Assembly: GCA_964354805.1 (NCBI GenBank)
Contig: CAYHBD010000028.1
Span: 3,186-67,185, forward strand
Source: an uncultured archaeon
GTDB lineage: Archaea > Iainarchaeota > Iainarchaeia > Iainarchaeales > GCA-2688035
Direction of reading: 5' to 3'
Length of the DNA stretch: 64,000 nt
Shown here: piece after piece, positions 35,194-44,478 of the stretch
How the letters are laid out: every line of letters starts with the position of its first letter
Numbering within the stretch: the first letter of the stretch is position 1
Program-made: the position numbers and the translations under genes
Notes under the pieces: generated by a model
The model's database searches: none
Seen by the model: the letters and a program-made list of their open reading frames with translations, nothing else
What the model was told of the DNA's origin: nothing

Positions 35194-35520
35194 CTACTTG
35201 TCAATCCTGACCATTATCTTGCTCTCCCAGTCGTCAATGATTCCCTTCTGGTAGCCGTAATCGAAAAACGCTTTCAATGCAAAAGCCCCGAGAACAAAAG
35301 CAAGGAATATAAAGAAGCTCGCAAACTTGATGCCTGTAATGAATGAAACAGCTGATGCAGTAGCCAAGGCTGTACCAGACAAGAACATTCTCGCTTTCTG
35401 CGCCTGCTTTGAAAGATAAAGCTGGCCCCACTGGCGCCTGTTTTTTGCCTCAAGCTGCTTTGGATCCAGGCGTATCTGGATCTGGTCGCCGTAAAGTAAC
35501 TTATTCGGCATAGAATTCAC
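35194..35520 (-). CDS. small membrane protein (108 aa, central TM hairpin)
   Basis: ATG ORF whose TAG is directly followed by the HAD gene start, making it the first gene of a three-gene minus-strand unit. Confidence 0.5.
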   Translation of the reverse strand: MNSMPNKLLYGDQIQIRLDPKQLEAKNRRQWGQLYLSKQAQKARMFLSGTALATASAVSFITGIKFASFFIFLAFVLGAFALKAFFDYGYQKGIIDDWESKIMVRIDK

Positions 35521-35649
35521 TTTGCTCCGTTAATAGAATAGTGTTTGCTAGATATTTTAATAGGTTTACCCGTTGTGCAACGGTAGCAATTATCCCTGTT
35601 TTGGCGTTTATTTCGCGCTTATTACGTTTTCCGAAACCAGAACTGGCCT

Positions 35650-36318
35650 TTATTCCGCTCTCATTATGTTTTCCAGGAAGAACGGAATCAGCCTTTTCTC
35701 TGCCTTTCTCAGGTGCTCTTGAAAGGTGCTCGGGCTTAGGCCGGCTTTTTTTGCAAGGCTTTGTATGTCAATCTTTTTTGGAAAAGAGTAATAACCGTTC
35801 TTGTAGGCAAGATTTATTGCCTCTTTCTGCTTTTCAGTCAGGTCAGGCATTACGTGCGGCACATAAAAGTCCCTTATCTTCCCCTCTGCAATCTTCTGCA
35901 TATCTACACGCCCCCATTTTTGGGCTATTTTAAGGAAATTGGTCAGAACGCTTTTCTGCAAGGCAGCGACTTCCAGATACTCAAAGCCGTCTGGCTTTAC
36001 AACAGTAGGCTTTACGAAAATAAGCTCTGGGCTCAAGTACATCTGCAGGTGGGTTGCGCTCTTTTTTGCTTTAAGCGTGTAAATAACAAGGTTGCCTTCG
36101 CACTCCAGGTTTTCATATCTTGGGTTTTTTGCAATTTCATTCAAGTAAGCCTTTACATTATTTTGCTCCCCTAAAACAATGTGGGCGCTTGTAAGGTGAA
36201 TCCTGCTTCCCTTGCTGAACCTGTTAAGCGGAAAACAAAGCACAGTGAGCTTGTACTTCTGCGCAAGCGGGATAACAGCGCTGCCCTCGTGCCAGAAACG
36301 CATTTTCAATGTCCACAT
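35650..36318 (-). CDS. HTH_10 (Bat-like) transcriptional regulator
   Basis: The C-terminus LTEKQKEAINLAYKNGYYSFPKKIDIQSLAKKAGLSPSTFQEHLRKAEKRL is the characteristic HTH_10 block. Confidence 0.75.
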   Translation of the reverse strand: MWTLKMRFWHEGSAVIPLAQKYKLTVLCFPLNRFSKGSRIHLTSAHIVLGEQNNVKAYLNEIAKNPRYENLECEGNLVIYTLKAKKSATHLQMYLSPELIFVKPTVVKPDGFEYLEVAALQKSVLTNFLKIAQKWGRVDMQKIAEGKIRDFYVPHVMPDLTEKQKEAINLAYKNGYYSFPKKIDIQSLAKKAGLSPSTFQEHLRKAEKRLIPFFLENIMRAE

Positions 36319-36368
36319 GGCAAAAACACTATATGCATTAATGCTTTTCCATTAATAAATTTAGTTGA

Positions 36369-36689
36369 TTGAAAATGGGAACAGTTACCGGCTTCATAAC
36401 ATGCGCTAATGCAAAGGAAGCGCAAAAAATCGCCCAAGCCCTGTTGCGCAAGCGTCTGGTTGCCTGCGCAAACATTGTGCCAAAAATTGAATCGCATTAC
36501 TGGTGGAAAGGAAAGATTGCGAAAAGCAGCGAGGCGCTTTTGATTATTAAATCAAGAAAAAATTTGTTGAAGAAAATAATTAAAGAAATTAAAGCACTGC
36601 ACAGCTATGAGCTGCCTGTGGTTGAATTCTTTGATTCAACGCTGAACAAGGAAGCTGCTGCCTGGATTGAGAAAGAAACCAGGGCTTGA
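36369..36689 (+). CDS. cutA: divalent-cation tolerance protein CutA
   Basis: LVACANIVPKIESHYWWKGKI...HSYELPVV are CutA1 blocks. 106 aa. Confidence 0.85.
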   Translation: MKMGTVTGFITCANAKEAQKIAQALLRKRLVACANIVPKIESHYWWKGKIAKSSEALLIIKSRKNLLKKIIKEIKALHSYELPVVEFFDSTLNKEAAAWIEKETRA

Positions 36690-36700
36690 TTTCATTTTTT

Positions 36701-37726
36701 TCAGGATTGCAAAATAATTCTGTTGAGCATCTGCGCTTTTGCCGGATCCCTAAAACCAATTTGTTTCCTGAATTTTTCAAGGTCTGCCCTTGGAATGAAT
36801 AATCCGTAACTTTTGCTTTTTTGAAACAGCTTGCCTTTCTTGAATTCTGCCCATGCCTCTTTTTTTGAAAGAATCGGCCCGGACCTTGGATTGTTTTTTA
36901 TTCTGAATTCTGAAAGAAGCTTTGAAAGATAGTCTCTCAGGTTTCTGTTTCTTGTTTGGAAAATGATTCCAGTCTCTTGCTTTTTTCTGCTTGACCTGTT
37001 TCTTTGGAGTGGAAAAGCGTTTGCATCAATTAGCGCCATTGCAAACTGCCTTCTTGCCCCCTTATTTTTAAGGAATTCAAAAGGAATCTGTTCGCCAAAA
37101 AAGGTTGCCTTGTTGAGAAAACCGGCCACCTCAACAGAGCTCGCCCTCACAATACCGGCAAGCGAGACAGCAACACCGTTTCTTCTCAATACCCTTGTTT
37201 TTGATTTGAGCCTGTAGCCGAATATTTCGCTTTGGGCTTTTCTCAGCTCATGTTCAATAGTGCCCTTTTTTGAAGAAGAAACTATCGATGCTCCACCCCT
37301 CTTATCAACCTGCACTGAAAGATGCCCTGACATTCTTGCGCCAAGAACATACCCAATTCTTGGGTTACGGAACGCAGCTCCCTTCAAATGGTTAAAGCGC
37401 TTTTGAACGCTGAATTGAATAAATGCAGGGGAAATAAGTCTTGGAAGAGCTCTGCCTCTATGCCATTTTTCCAAAGCTTCAGCTGAAACGCCTGCGCTTG
37501 CAGCAACCTTCTTTATTTGCTCCCCTGAATCAATTCTGCCAAACAATCCATTAAGCCGCTGGAACTTTCCCTGCATACTTTCAAGCCTTTCCCTCTGCAT
37601 TCCTGTTGGAACTGCTGTCCACCCATGGGCTTGAAGATAAAACTCCCTAACCTGCGAAAAGCTGAGCGGCGCTCTGCTTCCAGAGAAGCGAAGTTGTATG
37701 TCTCTGGCAAGAGGTTTTCTGCGCAT
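36701..37726 (-). CDS. divergent LAGLIDADG-like protein with N-terminal HTH-like segment (possibly inactive)
   Basis: IGYVLGARMSGHLSV and RRQFAMALIDANAFP occupy the positions of the two LAGLIDADG helices, but the acidic residues are only partly kept. Confidence 0.45.
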   Translation of the reverse strand: MRRKPLARDIQLRFSGSRAPLSFSQVREFYLQAHGWTAVPTGMQRERLESMQGKFQRLNGLFGRIDSGEQIKKVAASAGVSAEALEKWHRGRALPRLISPAFIQFSVQKRFNHLKGAAFRNPRIGYVLGARMSGHLSVQVDKRGGASIVSSSKKGTIEHELRKAQSEIFGYRLKSKTRVLRRNGVAVSLAGIVRASSVEVAGFLNKATFFGEQIPFEFLKNKGARRQFAMALIDANAFPLQRNRSSRKKQETGIIFQTRNRNLRDYLSKLLSEFRIKNNPRSGPILSKKEAWAEFKKGKLFQKSKSYGLFIPRADLEKFRKQIGFRDPAKAQMLNRIILQS

Positions 37727-37768
37727 AATGAAAATTAAAGGAGAACCTATTAAAATTACGAGCGATTC

Positions 37769-39730
37769 CTATTTTTCCTTGTATCCTACAACTTTTTTGA
37801 GGTAATCGATTGCTTCCGGGTTCTGCAGCGTGGTTGCATCCCCAAGTTTTTCGCCTGCAAGCATGCCCCTCAAAAAGCGCCTCATTATTTTGCCACTCCT
37901 TGTTTTAGGCAGGGCATCAACAAAGAAGATTTTGGCCGGCTTTGCTGTTGGCCCAATGTACTTTGCAATGTGCTGGATTATTGACTGCTCTGTTTCTGGC
38001 GAAGCCTTTGCTGCCGGCTTCAGGATAGCGAAAACAACGGGCACCTGGCCCTTGATTTCATCTGGCATTGGAACAACAGCTGATTCAACAACATCACCAT
38101 GCGATGTTATTGCATCTTCAACCTCAGCGCTGCTCAGTCTGTGCCCGGCAACCTTCATCACATCATCAACCCTGCCGGTAACCCTGATATTATCTTTATC
38201 AAACCATTTTGCCCCATCGCTGGTGAAATAATTTTTGTTCCCGTATTCGCTCCAATAGGTTTCAATGTATTTCTCTTCATTTTTCCAGACTCCTCGCAGC
38301 AAGCCGGGTGAAAAAGGCGATTTGAGGACAAGGAAGCCAGATTCATCCTTTCCAACAGGCTTTCCCCTGTCATCCAAAATATCCGCATTTGTGCCTGGAA
38401 AAACTCTCCCGGCAACAGTTGGAATGAACGGCCCAATGCCAGGCAGGGCATTTATCAGAGTTCCGCCTGTTTCAGTCTGCCACCAGGTGTCAATTACCGG
38501 GCACCTGCCCTGGCCGACAACATTGAAGTACCACATCCATGCCTCTTCGTCAATCGGCTCGCCGACTGTTGCAATCAACCTCAGCGAGCTCAAATCCTTT
38601 TTCTTAACAAATTCATCGCCCATTTTTTTGAACATCCTGATTGCTGTTGGCGCAGTGTAGAAAACAGTTACCTTGTGCTCCTGCACTATGTCCCAGATTC
38701 TGCTCCAATCTGGAAAATCAGGCGAGCCCTCGTAAATCAGCATTGTTGTTCCAACGGCAAGAGGGCCATAGCAGGCATAAGTGTGCCCTGTTATCCAGCC
38801 AATGTCAGCAGTGCACCAGAAAATGTCGTTGTCATGCAAATCAAAGTCCCACAAGGTTGTCCAATATGCTTGCACTAAATAACCTCCAGTGCTATGCACT
38901 ACTCCCTTTGGTTTTCCTGTTGTTCCGCTTGTGTAAAGCAAGAACATTGTTTCGTTTGCCTCTATTTCCTCTGGCTTGCATTCAGCATCCGCACCAGCAA
39001 CCAATTCGTGGTACCATAAATCCCTGCCTTCTTGCATTGCAACCTTTCCATCCAGCCTTTTCACTACAATTACTTTTTCAACGCACGGCACTGCAGCTGC
39101 AATGTCAGCCTGCTCTTTCAGGTTAACCTGCTTTCCTCTCCTCCAATAGCCATCACAGGTAATCAGCACTTTTGCCTCGCTGTCTTCCACCCTTGTTTTA
39201 AGGCTCTCTCCGCTGAAAGCGCTGAAGACAACGCTGTGCACTGCCCCAATCCGCGCGCAGGCAAGCATTGCAATCTGCACTTCAGGAATCATCGGCAGAT
39301 AAATAGTGACCCTGTCGCCCTTTTGCACGCCAAGAGAGCGCAAAACATTTGCAAATTTTTTCACGGCAGCTGCAAGCTGACCATATGTTATGAGCCTGCT
39401 TTCCTCTTCCATTGGCTCTGGTTCCCAGATTATTGCAACCTTGTCTTTTTTTTCAGGCAGGTGCCTGTCAAGGCAGTTATAGCTCACATTTAGGGTTCCG
39501 CCAATGAACCATTTGAAGTAGGGCGGCTTTTCCTCGTAAGCCTTTTTCCATTGCTTGAACCAGTGCAGGCCCTCTTTCGCTTTTTGCTCCCAGAATTTAA
39601 TCGGGTCCTTTGCCGCTTCCTTGTAAACGGCTTCGCCTTTAACGTTTGCAATCTTCTTCAACTGCTCTGACGGCCAGAACAGGTTTTTGCGCTTCTTATC
39701 CTTTACAACCCAGTTTATTGCTTTCACCAA
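37769..39730 (-). CDS. acs: acetyl-CoA synthetase (AMP-forming)
   Basis: 653 aa. YTSGTTGKPKGV, WCTADIGWITGHTY, TWWQTETGG and LPKTRSGKIMRR. Confidence 0.93.
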   Translation of the reverse strand: MVKAINWVVKDKKRKNLFWPSEQLKKIANVKGEAVYKEAAKDPIKFWEQKAKEGLHWFKQWKKAYEEKPPYFKWFIGGTLNVSYNCLDRHLPEKKDKVAIIWEPEPMEEESRLITYGQLAAAVKKFANVLRSLGVQKGDRVTIYLPMIPEVQIAMLACARIGAVHSVVFSAFSGESLKTRVEDSEAKVLITCDGYWRRGKQVNLKEQADIAAAVPCVEKVIVVKRLDGKVAMQEGRDLWYHELVAGADAECKPEEIEANETMFLLYTSGTTGKPKGVVHSTGGYLVQAYWTTLWDFDLHDNDIFWCTADIGWITGHTYACYGPLAVGTTMLIYEGSPDFPDWSRIWDIVQEHKVTVFYTAPTAIRMFKKMGDEFVKKKDLSSLRLIATVGEPIDEEAWMWYFNVVGQGRCPVIDTWWQTETGGTLINALPGIGPFIPTVAGRVFPGTNADILDDRGKPVGKDESGFLVLKSPFSPGLLRGVWKNEEKYIETYWSEYGNKNYFTSDGAKWFDKDNIRVTGRVDDVMKVAGHRLSSAEVEDAITSHGDVVESAVVPMPDEIKGQVPVVFAILKPAAKASPETEQSIIQHIAKYIGPTAKPAKIFFVDALPKTRSGKIMRRFLRGMLAGEKLGDATTLQNPEAIDYLKKVVGYKEK

Positions 39731-39836
39731 AAAGACTCACCTTGTTAAGAAAAAAATTGTAAAATTTTAAATAAATAATTACAATCGAAATACCTTTTAC
39801 TGCAATGTCCTAATTAAAAAAAATTAAAATAAACCT

Positions 39837-41831
39837 TTAAATTAGTAACGGCAGCGCCAGAAGGCTGACAATTGTCATCAGTTTTATTAAAATGTTTAGG
39901 CTTGGACCCGCAGTGTCTTTGCAGGGATCTCCGACAGTGTCTCCGACAACAGCCGCCTTGTGGGCATCGCTTCCCTTGCCACCGAAATTTCCTGCTTCAA
40001 TGAATTTCTTTGCATTGTCCCAGGCTGCCCCACTGTTCGCCATGAAAACAGCCATAAGGAAGCCTGTTGCTGTTGCGCCTGCAAGAAATCCGCCCAGTGC
40101 CTCAACACCCAAAATAAGGCCTAATGCAATCGGCGCAAGAATTGCAAGCAAGCCAGGGACAATCATTTCATGCAGGGAAGCTGCAGTGCTTATTGCAATG
40201 CACCTCTCATATTTCGGCTTTGCTTTCCCAGCCATCAGCCCCTTTATTTCCTTGAATTGCTTTCTCACCTCTTCAACCATTGCCATTGCAGCATGGCCAA
40301 CGCTGTTCATTGTGAAAGCGCTGAAAACAAAAGGCATCAATGCGCCGAGGAAAAGCCCTGACATCACAATAGGGCTGTTTAAATCAATTGCCTTCAGGCC
40401 AGTTATCTGAATGAATGAAGCGAACAATGCAAGCGTTGTGAGCGCAGCGCTGCTTATTGCAAATCCTTTTCCTATTGCAGCAGTGCTGTTCCCGACAGCA
40501 TCAAGCTGCTCTGTCCTTGCCCTCACCTTGCTGCCCAGGCCAGCCATTTCGGCAATTCCTGCAGCGTTGTCCGAAACGCTTCCGTAAGTTTCCGCGCTCA
40601 GGGTTATTGCAAGGGTGCTGAGCATTGCAACAGCTGCAATTGCAATTCCAAACAAGCCGCTGAAATGATAGGAAAGGATTATCGCAATGCACACTGTTAC
40701 AATGTAAATCGCTGTTGAAAGCATTCCGACACTCATGCCTGTTATTATGTTTGTTCCGGCGCCTGTTTTTGCCGCGGCGGCAATGGTCTGCGTAGGGCTG
40801 TGGTATGGTGAAGTGATATACTCTGTAAAGTAGCCGATTATGATTGCGACAACCAGGCCAACCAAAATACAGTAAAAAATCCCGTAAAACCCAAAAAATA
40901 CATCAATGAAAATGAACGAAAGCACAGCTGTTGCAACCGCTGCAAGCAATATCCCCTTGTCAATCGCAGAAAAAATCTTCTCTTTTTTTGGCATGACAAC
41001 AAGCGCCCCCAGGATTGAGGCAATTATTCCAATGCCGCTGATAGCAAGCGGAATAATCACGCCGGCTTTGCCCATGGCCACCATGCCCAAAACCATTGCG
41101 GCAACTATTGCGCCGACATAGCTCTCAAACAAGTCAGCGCCCATTCCTGCAACATCACCGACATTGTCGCCAACCAAGTCTGCGATTACAGCAGGATTTC
41201 TCGGATCGTCTTCCGGAATGCCTTTCTCTATTTTTCCAACCAGGTCAGCTCCAACATCCGCCCCCTTGGTGAAAATGCCTCCGCCAACCCTCGCAAACAA
41301 TGCAATGCTGCTTGCGCCAAAGCCAAAGCCGAAAAGTATTTCCGGGTCGCCAAATGCAAGATAAACAATTGTTATGCCAAGCAGGCCCAAGCCAACGACG
41401 GCAAAGCCTGTTACCAGGCCGCTTGAGAAAGCAATCTCAAATCCCTTGCCCAAGCTCTTGATGCTTGCCTGTGTCACCCTGCTGTTTGCAACTGTTGCTG
41501 TCCGCATTCCAATGTTTCCAGCTGCAATTGAAAGAATTGCGCCGAAAACAAAGCAGCCTGCTGTTATCGGGCCGAGCGCCAGAAAAAGAATTATTGCAAC
41601 AATAATGATGAAAATCAGAAGTGTTTCATACTGCTTGCGCAAATAAGCCATTGCGCCGTGGTGAATCAAATCGCTGAGCTCTTTCATTTTCGCGTTGCCC
41701 CTCGGCTTTGAAAGAATAAAGCGCCTTTTCCGCAGGGCGAACAGTATTGCAACCAGCGAAAAAGCCACCACAATCAAAAAGGCTTCCTTTCCGGAAACCA
41801 ATTCAAGCACTTGCGAAACAAAGTCAGCCAT
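39837..41831 (-). CDS. hppA: membrane-integral pyrophosphatase (K+-dependent type by the [10 protein letters not shown] Ala signature)
   Basis: [18 protein letters not shown] and [17 protein letters not shown]. An Ala in GN(T/S)TAAIGKG is the known marker of K+-dependent M-PPases. Confidence 0.92.
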   Translation of the reverse strand: MADFVSQVLELVSGKEAFLIVVAFSLVAILFALRKRRFILSKPRGNAKMKELSDLIHHGAMAYLRKQYETLLIFIIIVAIILFLALGPITAGCFVFGAILSIAAGNIGMRTATVANSRVTQASIKSLGKGFEIAFSSGLVTGFAVVGLGLLGITIVYLAFGDPEILFGFGFGASSIALFARVGGGIFTKGADVGADLVGKIEKGIPEDDPRNPAVIADLVGDNVGDVAGMGADLFESYVGAIVAAMVLGMVAMGKAGVIIPLAISGIGIIASILGALVVMPKKEKIFSAIDKGILLAAVATAVLSFIFIDVFFGFYGIFYCILVGLVVAIIIGYFTEYITSPYHSPTQTIAAAAKTGAGTNIITGMSVGMLSTAIYIVTVCIAIILSYHFSGLFGIAIAAVAMLSTLAITLSAETYGSVSDNAAGIAEMAGLGSKVRARTEQLDAVGNSTAAIGKGFAISSAALTTLALFASFIQITGLKAIDLNSPIVMSGLFLGALMPFVFSAFTMNSVGHAAMAMVEEVRKQFKEIKGLMAGKAKPKYERCIAISTAASLHEMIVPGLLAILAPIALGLILGVEALGGFLAGATATGFLMAVFMANSGAAWDNAKKFIEAGNFGGKGSDAHKAAVVGDTVGDPCKDTAGPSLNILIKLMTIVSLLALPLLI

Positions 41832-41858
41832 TTGCTAAAATAAGGCAAAAGGTATATT

Positions 41859-43103
41859 TTAAGCTTTTGCATGGGCTTTTTCCTCGCCCAGAAGCTCGAC
41901 AACTTTGTCCATTTCGCCTGCAGCAAGCAAATCAAAAACCCTTTTTACATCAAAGGCGTTGTTGAATTCTGTTTCCTGCAAATTCTTTTCCAGCAGCTCG
42001 AAGCCCATTGCAGCAATGCTTTTCTTTCCAAGCTGCGCGTCCCGCAGCTGCTGCAGCTTTTGCTTGAAGCCTGCTTCCTCAAAAGAGCAATCGATCGCAA
42101 TGATTGCCTTTTCCTTGAATTTTCCGCTCAGCTGCCTTAAATCAATGTCGGATCCTGCAAGGCCCTTTGCAAGGGTTCCACGCAGCTTTAATTTTATTAA
42201 TGGTTTTCCGCTTTTTGAGCCTGCAATCAGGGCGGCAATCTTTTTTTCAACTTCTTCTTTTATTTGCTCATTGCCTGCTTCCCTGAATTCAATTTGGGCA
42301 AAAAGAAACTGCCTTTGATTTGGCAATGGAATGAATTTCAAATTGTTTTCCTTTGTTTCAAAAAAGCAAACGCCCTTTGGCTTCTCTGCCTCAAGCCTCT
42401 TCAATTGGGTTATTACAGTGCTGCCTGGAACAATGAAGCGCTTTTTCTGCAGGTTTTCCTCGCTCCTCCAGTGCAAATGCCCGTCAACAACCAAATCAAA
42501 GCCCTGGGGCAAATCATCCAAAGAAATTGACGCAATCATTTCGTCATCAAAAGGCAGGAACTCCTTGATGCTCTGGTGCAGCAAAACAATATTGCAGGCG
42601 CCATTCTCGGGCAGGGGATTCCACAGTTTCAAAGCATCAAGCGCTTTCTTTTCAGGCACTCCGCTCAATCCTTGCACCACAACTTTCTCGCTGCCAATCA
42701 GCAACTCCGCTTTCGCCGCATGCAGGTAAACAAGGCAGCCTGCCTCCTGCAGAACCTCCAAAGCGTTCCTGAAATCTTTTGAACGAAACTCATGCGTTCC
42801 CGCTATGGCGATAACTGGAATTGAATCAAAAATAAATTCTTTTGTTTCGCCTTTCTTTTCATACTTTACTTTTTCTGGCTGCCTCTTCTCTTTCCGCAGA
42901 ACACTGAAAAGCCGGAACATCTCAAGCCATGCTTCCTGCGCTGGAACATCAGAATCAAACAAATCCCCCGCGAGCAAAAGCAGGTCAGCCTTTTCTTTGA
43001 GGGCAAGCTCGAGCGCCTGTTTAGCCTGCTCAAAGGCTTCCAGCTCCCTCTCAGTTCCCTTGCCAAAGCCAATGTGAAAATCCGAGGCAATTGCGATTCT
43101 CAT
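41859..43103 (-). CDS. mre11: Mre11-like metallophosphoesterase nuclease
   Basis: DFHIG, AGDLFD, GTHE, LLHQ and DGHLH calcineurin-like motifs in Mre11 order. 414 aa. No rad50 in the window. Confidence 0.7.
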   Translation of the reverse strand: MRIAIASDFHIGFGKGTERELEAFEQAKQALELALKEKADLLLLAGDLFDSDVPAQEAWLEMFRLFSVLRKEKRQPEKVKYEKKGETKEFIFDSIPVIAIAGTHEFRSKDFRNALEVLQEAGCLVYLHAAKAELLIGSEKVVVQGLSGVPEKKALDALKLWNPLPENGACNIVLLHQSIKEFLPFDDEMIASISLDDLPQGFDLVVDGHLHWRSEENLQKKRFIVPGSTVITQLKRLEAEKPKGVCFFETKENNLKFIPLPNQRQFLFAQIEFREAGNEQIKEEVEKKIAALIAGSKSGKPLIKLKLRGTLAKGLAGSDIDLRQLSGKFKEKAIIAIDCSFEEAGFKQKLQQLRDAQLGKKSIAAMGFELLEKNLQETEFNNAFDVKRVFDLLAAGEMDKVVELLGEEKAHAKA

Positions 43104-43147
43104 TCAAAACCCCAATATTATTAAACAGTGGAAAGCATAAATAGATT

Positions 43148-43810
43148 ATGGCAAAGATTTTATTCATTGTGAATGATCATCCAAACGAGGCTTTTGCAAT
43201 TTCCGTTGCAAGGGAAGCAGCAAAAAGGCTCAGGGCAGATGGCCACGAAATAGTCTGGAAGATGACAAACCCAAAGGACACTGTGCTTGGCAAGGTTCTG
43301 AAAAACCCAAACATGGAAGTTAAAGCCAAAACTTTCATTGACGCACAGCGAGGAACCTATGACAGAATGGGAAGATTGATCCAAAAGCACAATCCGAAAG
43401 TTACCTCCAATTTTCACGCCACCCCACATGACGACCCTCTTTGGACTGACCCGAGAAAACCAGCAGCAGACTTTGAGATCTCGTATTCAAAGTTGCATGG
43501 AAGAACAGTGATGTTTATTGAAGTCAAAGCTCGTTACACAAAGCTTCCAAAAAGGCATTTGGAAAAGGGGAGGATTGCAATCCCAGCACATTCACCTTAT
43601 CATGGAGCCGGCCATTATTTAAGGGAAGGAACCTCACAGCAGCTTACAAGAGAAATGGGCTTGACTCCGGAAATTTTGGGAACGGTGATTGCCAAAAGGA
43701 TAGAAAACCGTGCAAGAAGACCAAAAACATTCCCGCAAAATGAAAGAGGCACAGTCCCAAGAGTTTTCAAAAGTTTTAGAAGAAATAATATCAGAAGAAG
43801 GCCAAGATAG
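43148..43810 (+). CDS. hypothetical protein with Arg-rich C-terminal tail (possible zinc hydrolase; weak)
   Basis: 220-aa ATG ORF. NDHPNE and NFHAT faintly resemble AstE/AspA-type metal ligands. Confidence 0.45.
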   Translation: MAKILFIVNDHPNEAFAISVAREAAKRLRADGHEIVWKMTNPKDTVLGKVLKNPNMEVKAKTFIDAQRGTYDRMGRLIQKHNPKVTSNFHATPHDDPLWTDPRKPAADFEISYSKLHGRTVMFIEVKARYTKLPKRHLEKGRIAIPAHSPYHGAGHYLREGTSQQLTREMGLTPEILGTVIAKRIENRARRPKTFPQNERGTVPRVFKSFRRNNIRRRPR

Positions 43811-44036
43811 GGCTTAATCAACCAAACTAATTTATAGAAAGTTGGTATTTTAATTATTAGTGAAGAAGCCATGGCGAAATACTTTGGTGGCGGAAGAAGA
43901 GGGCATGCCCTTAGAGAGTTGCAGAAGGAGCAAAAGCGGCTTCGAAAGATGATGCGGCACCGGCAAAAGGGAAAGCCACCACAGGGAAACCGGCGACAAT
44001 AAGCGAAACAGCCACACAGCCTTTTCCTGAATGCCC

Positions 44037-44357
44037 TTATCCAACCATCCGCAGCGTGCTCTGCAGTTCCCTCTTTGCCCCTTTCAGGAGGGTTTTGCCT
44101 TCTGCAGTGATGCTGTAAACCTGCCTGTTGCCATCCTGCTTGACGCTTACAAAGCCCCTTGCCTGCAGCTTGTACAATACAACGTAAGCAGAGACATTGC
44201 CTGGCAGGAAGCCGAACTTTTTTTCAATTTCACTCCGCAAAGCATAAGCGTGCGAGGGCTTTTTTTTAAGCAGCGAGAGAACGTAAATCCACAGCAGTTC
44301 AACACCGAGCTTGCGCTGCAATCTCAGCAATTCCCTGCTTTTTTCAACAGCCGGCAT
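44037..44357 (-). CDS. padR: PadR-family transcriptional regulator
   Basis: LWIYVLSLLKKKPSHAYALRSEIEKKFGFLPGNVSAYVVLYKLQARGFV is a typical PadR wHTH. Confidence 0.85.
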   Translation of the reverse strand: MPAVEKSRELLRLQRKLGVELLWIYVLSLLKKKPSHAYALRSEIEKKFGFLPGNVSAYVVLYKLQARGFVSVKQDGNRQVYSITAEGKTLLKGAKRELQSTLRMVG

Positions 44358-44413
44358 TGCTACATAAGAGAAGCGAAAGTTTTATATTCATAAAATACGT
44401 TAAATAATAGCAA

Positions 44414-44433
44414 TATTTTATGCTCATAAAATA
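44414..44433. promoter_or_regulatory. inverted repeat TATTTTATG-ct-CATAAAATA between divergent padR and ino1 (candidate PadR operator)
   Basis: 9-bp perfect arms. A third CATAAAATA half-site lies at 44389-44397, within TTTTAT-attc-ATAAAA. Confidence 0.5.
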
Positions 44434-44478
44434 GTTTATGGCTGTAAATTAAATTGGAAAAATAGGAGGTTAGCGAAA

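Noticed and set aside
43871-44002. 43-aa Arg/Lys-rich ORF (MAKYFGGGRRGHALRELQKEQKRLRKMMRHRQKGKPPQGNRRQ)
   Set aside because: It is too short, has no clear SD, and its codon usage is atypical. It cannot be supported from sequence alone.
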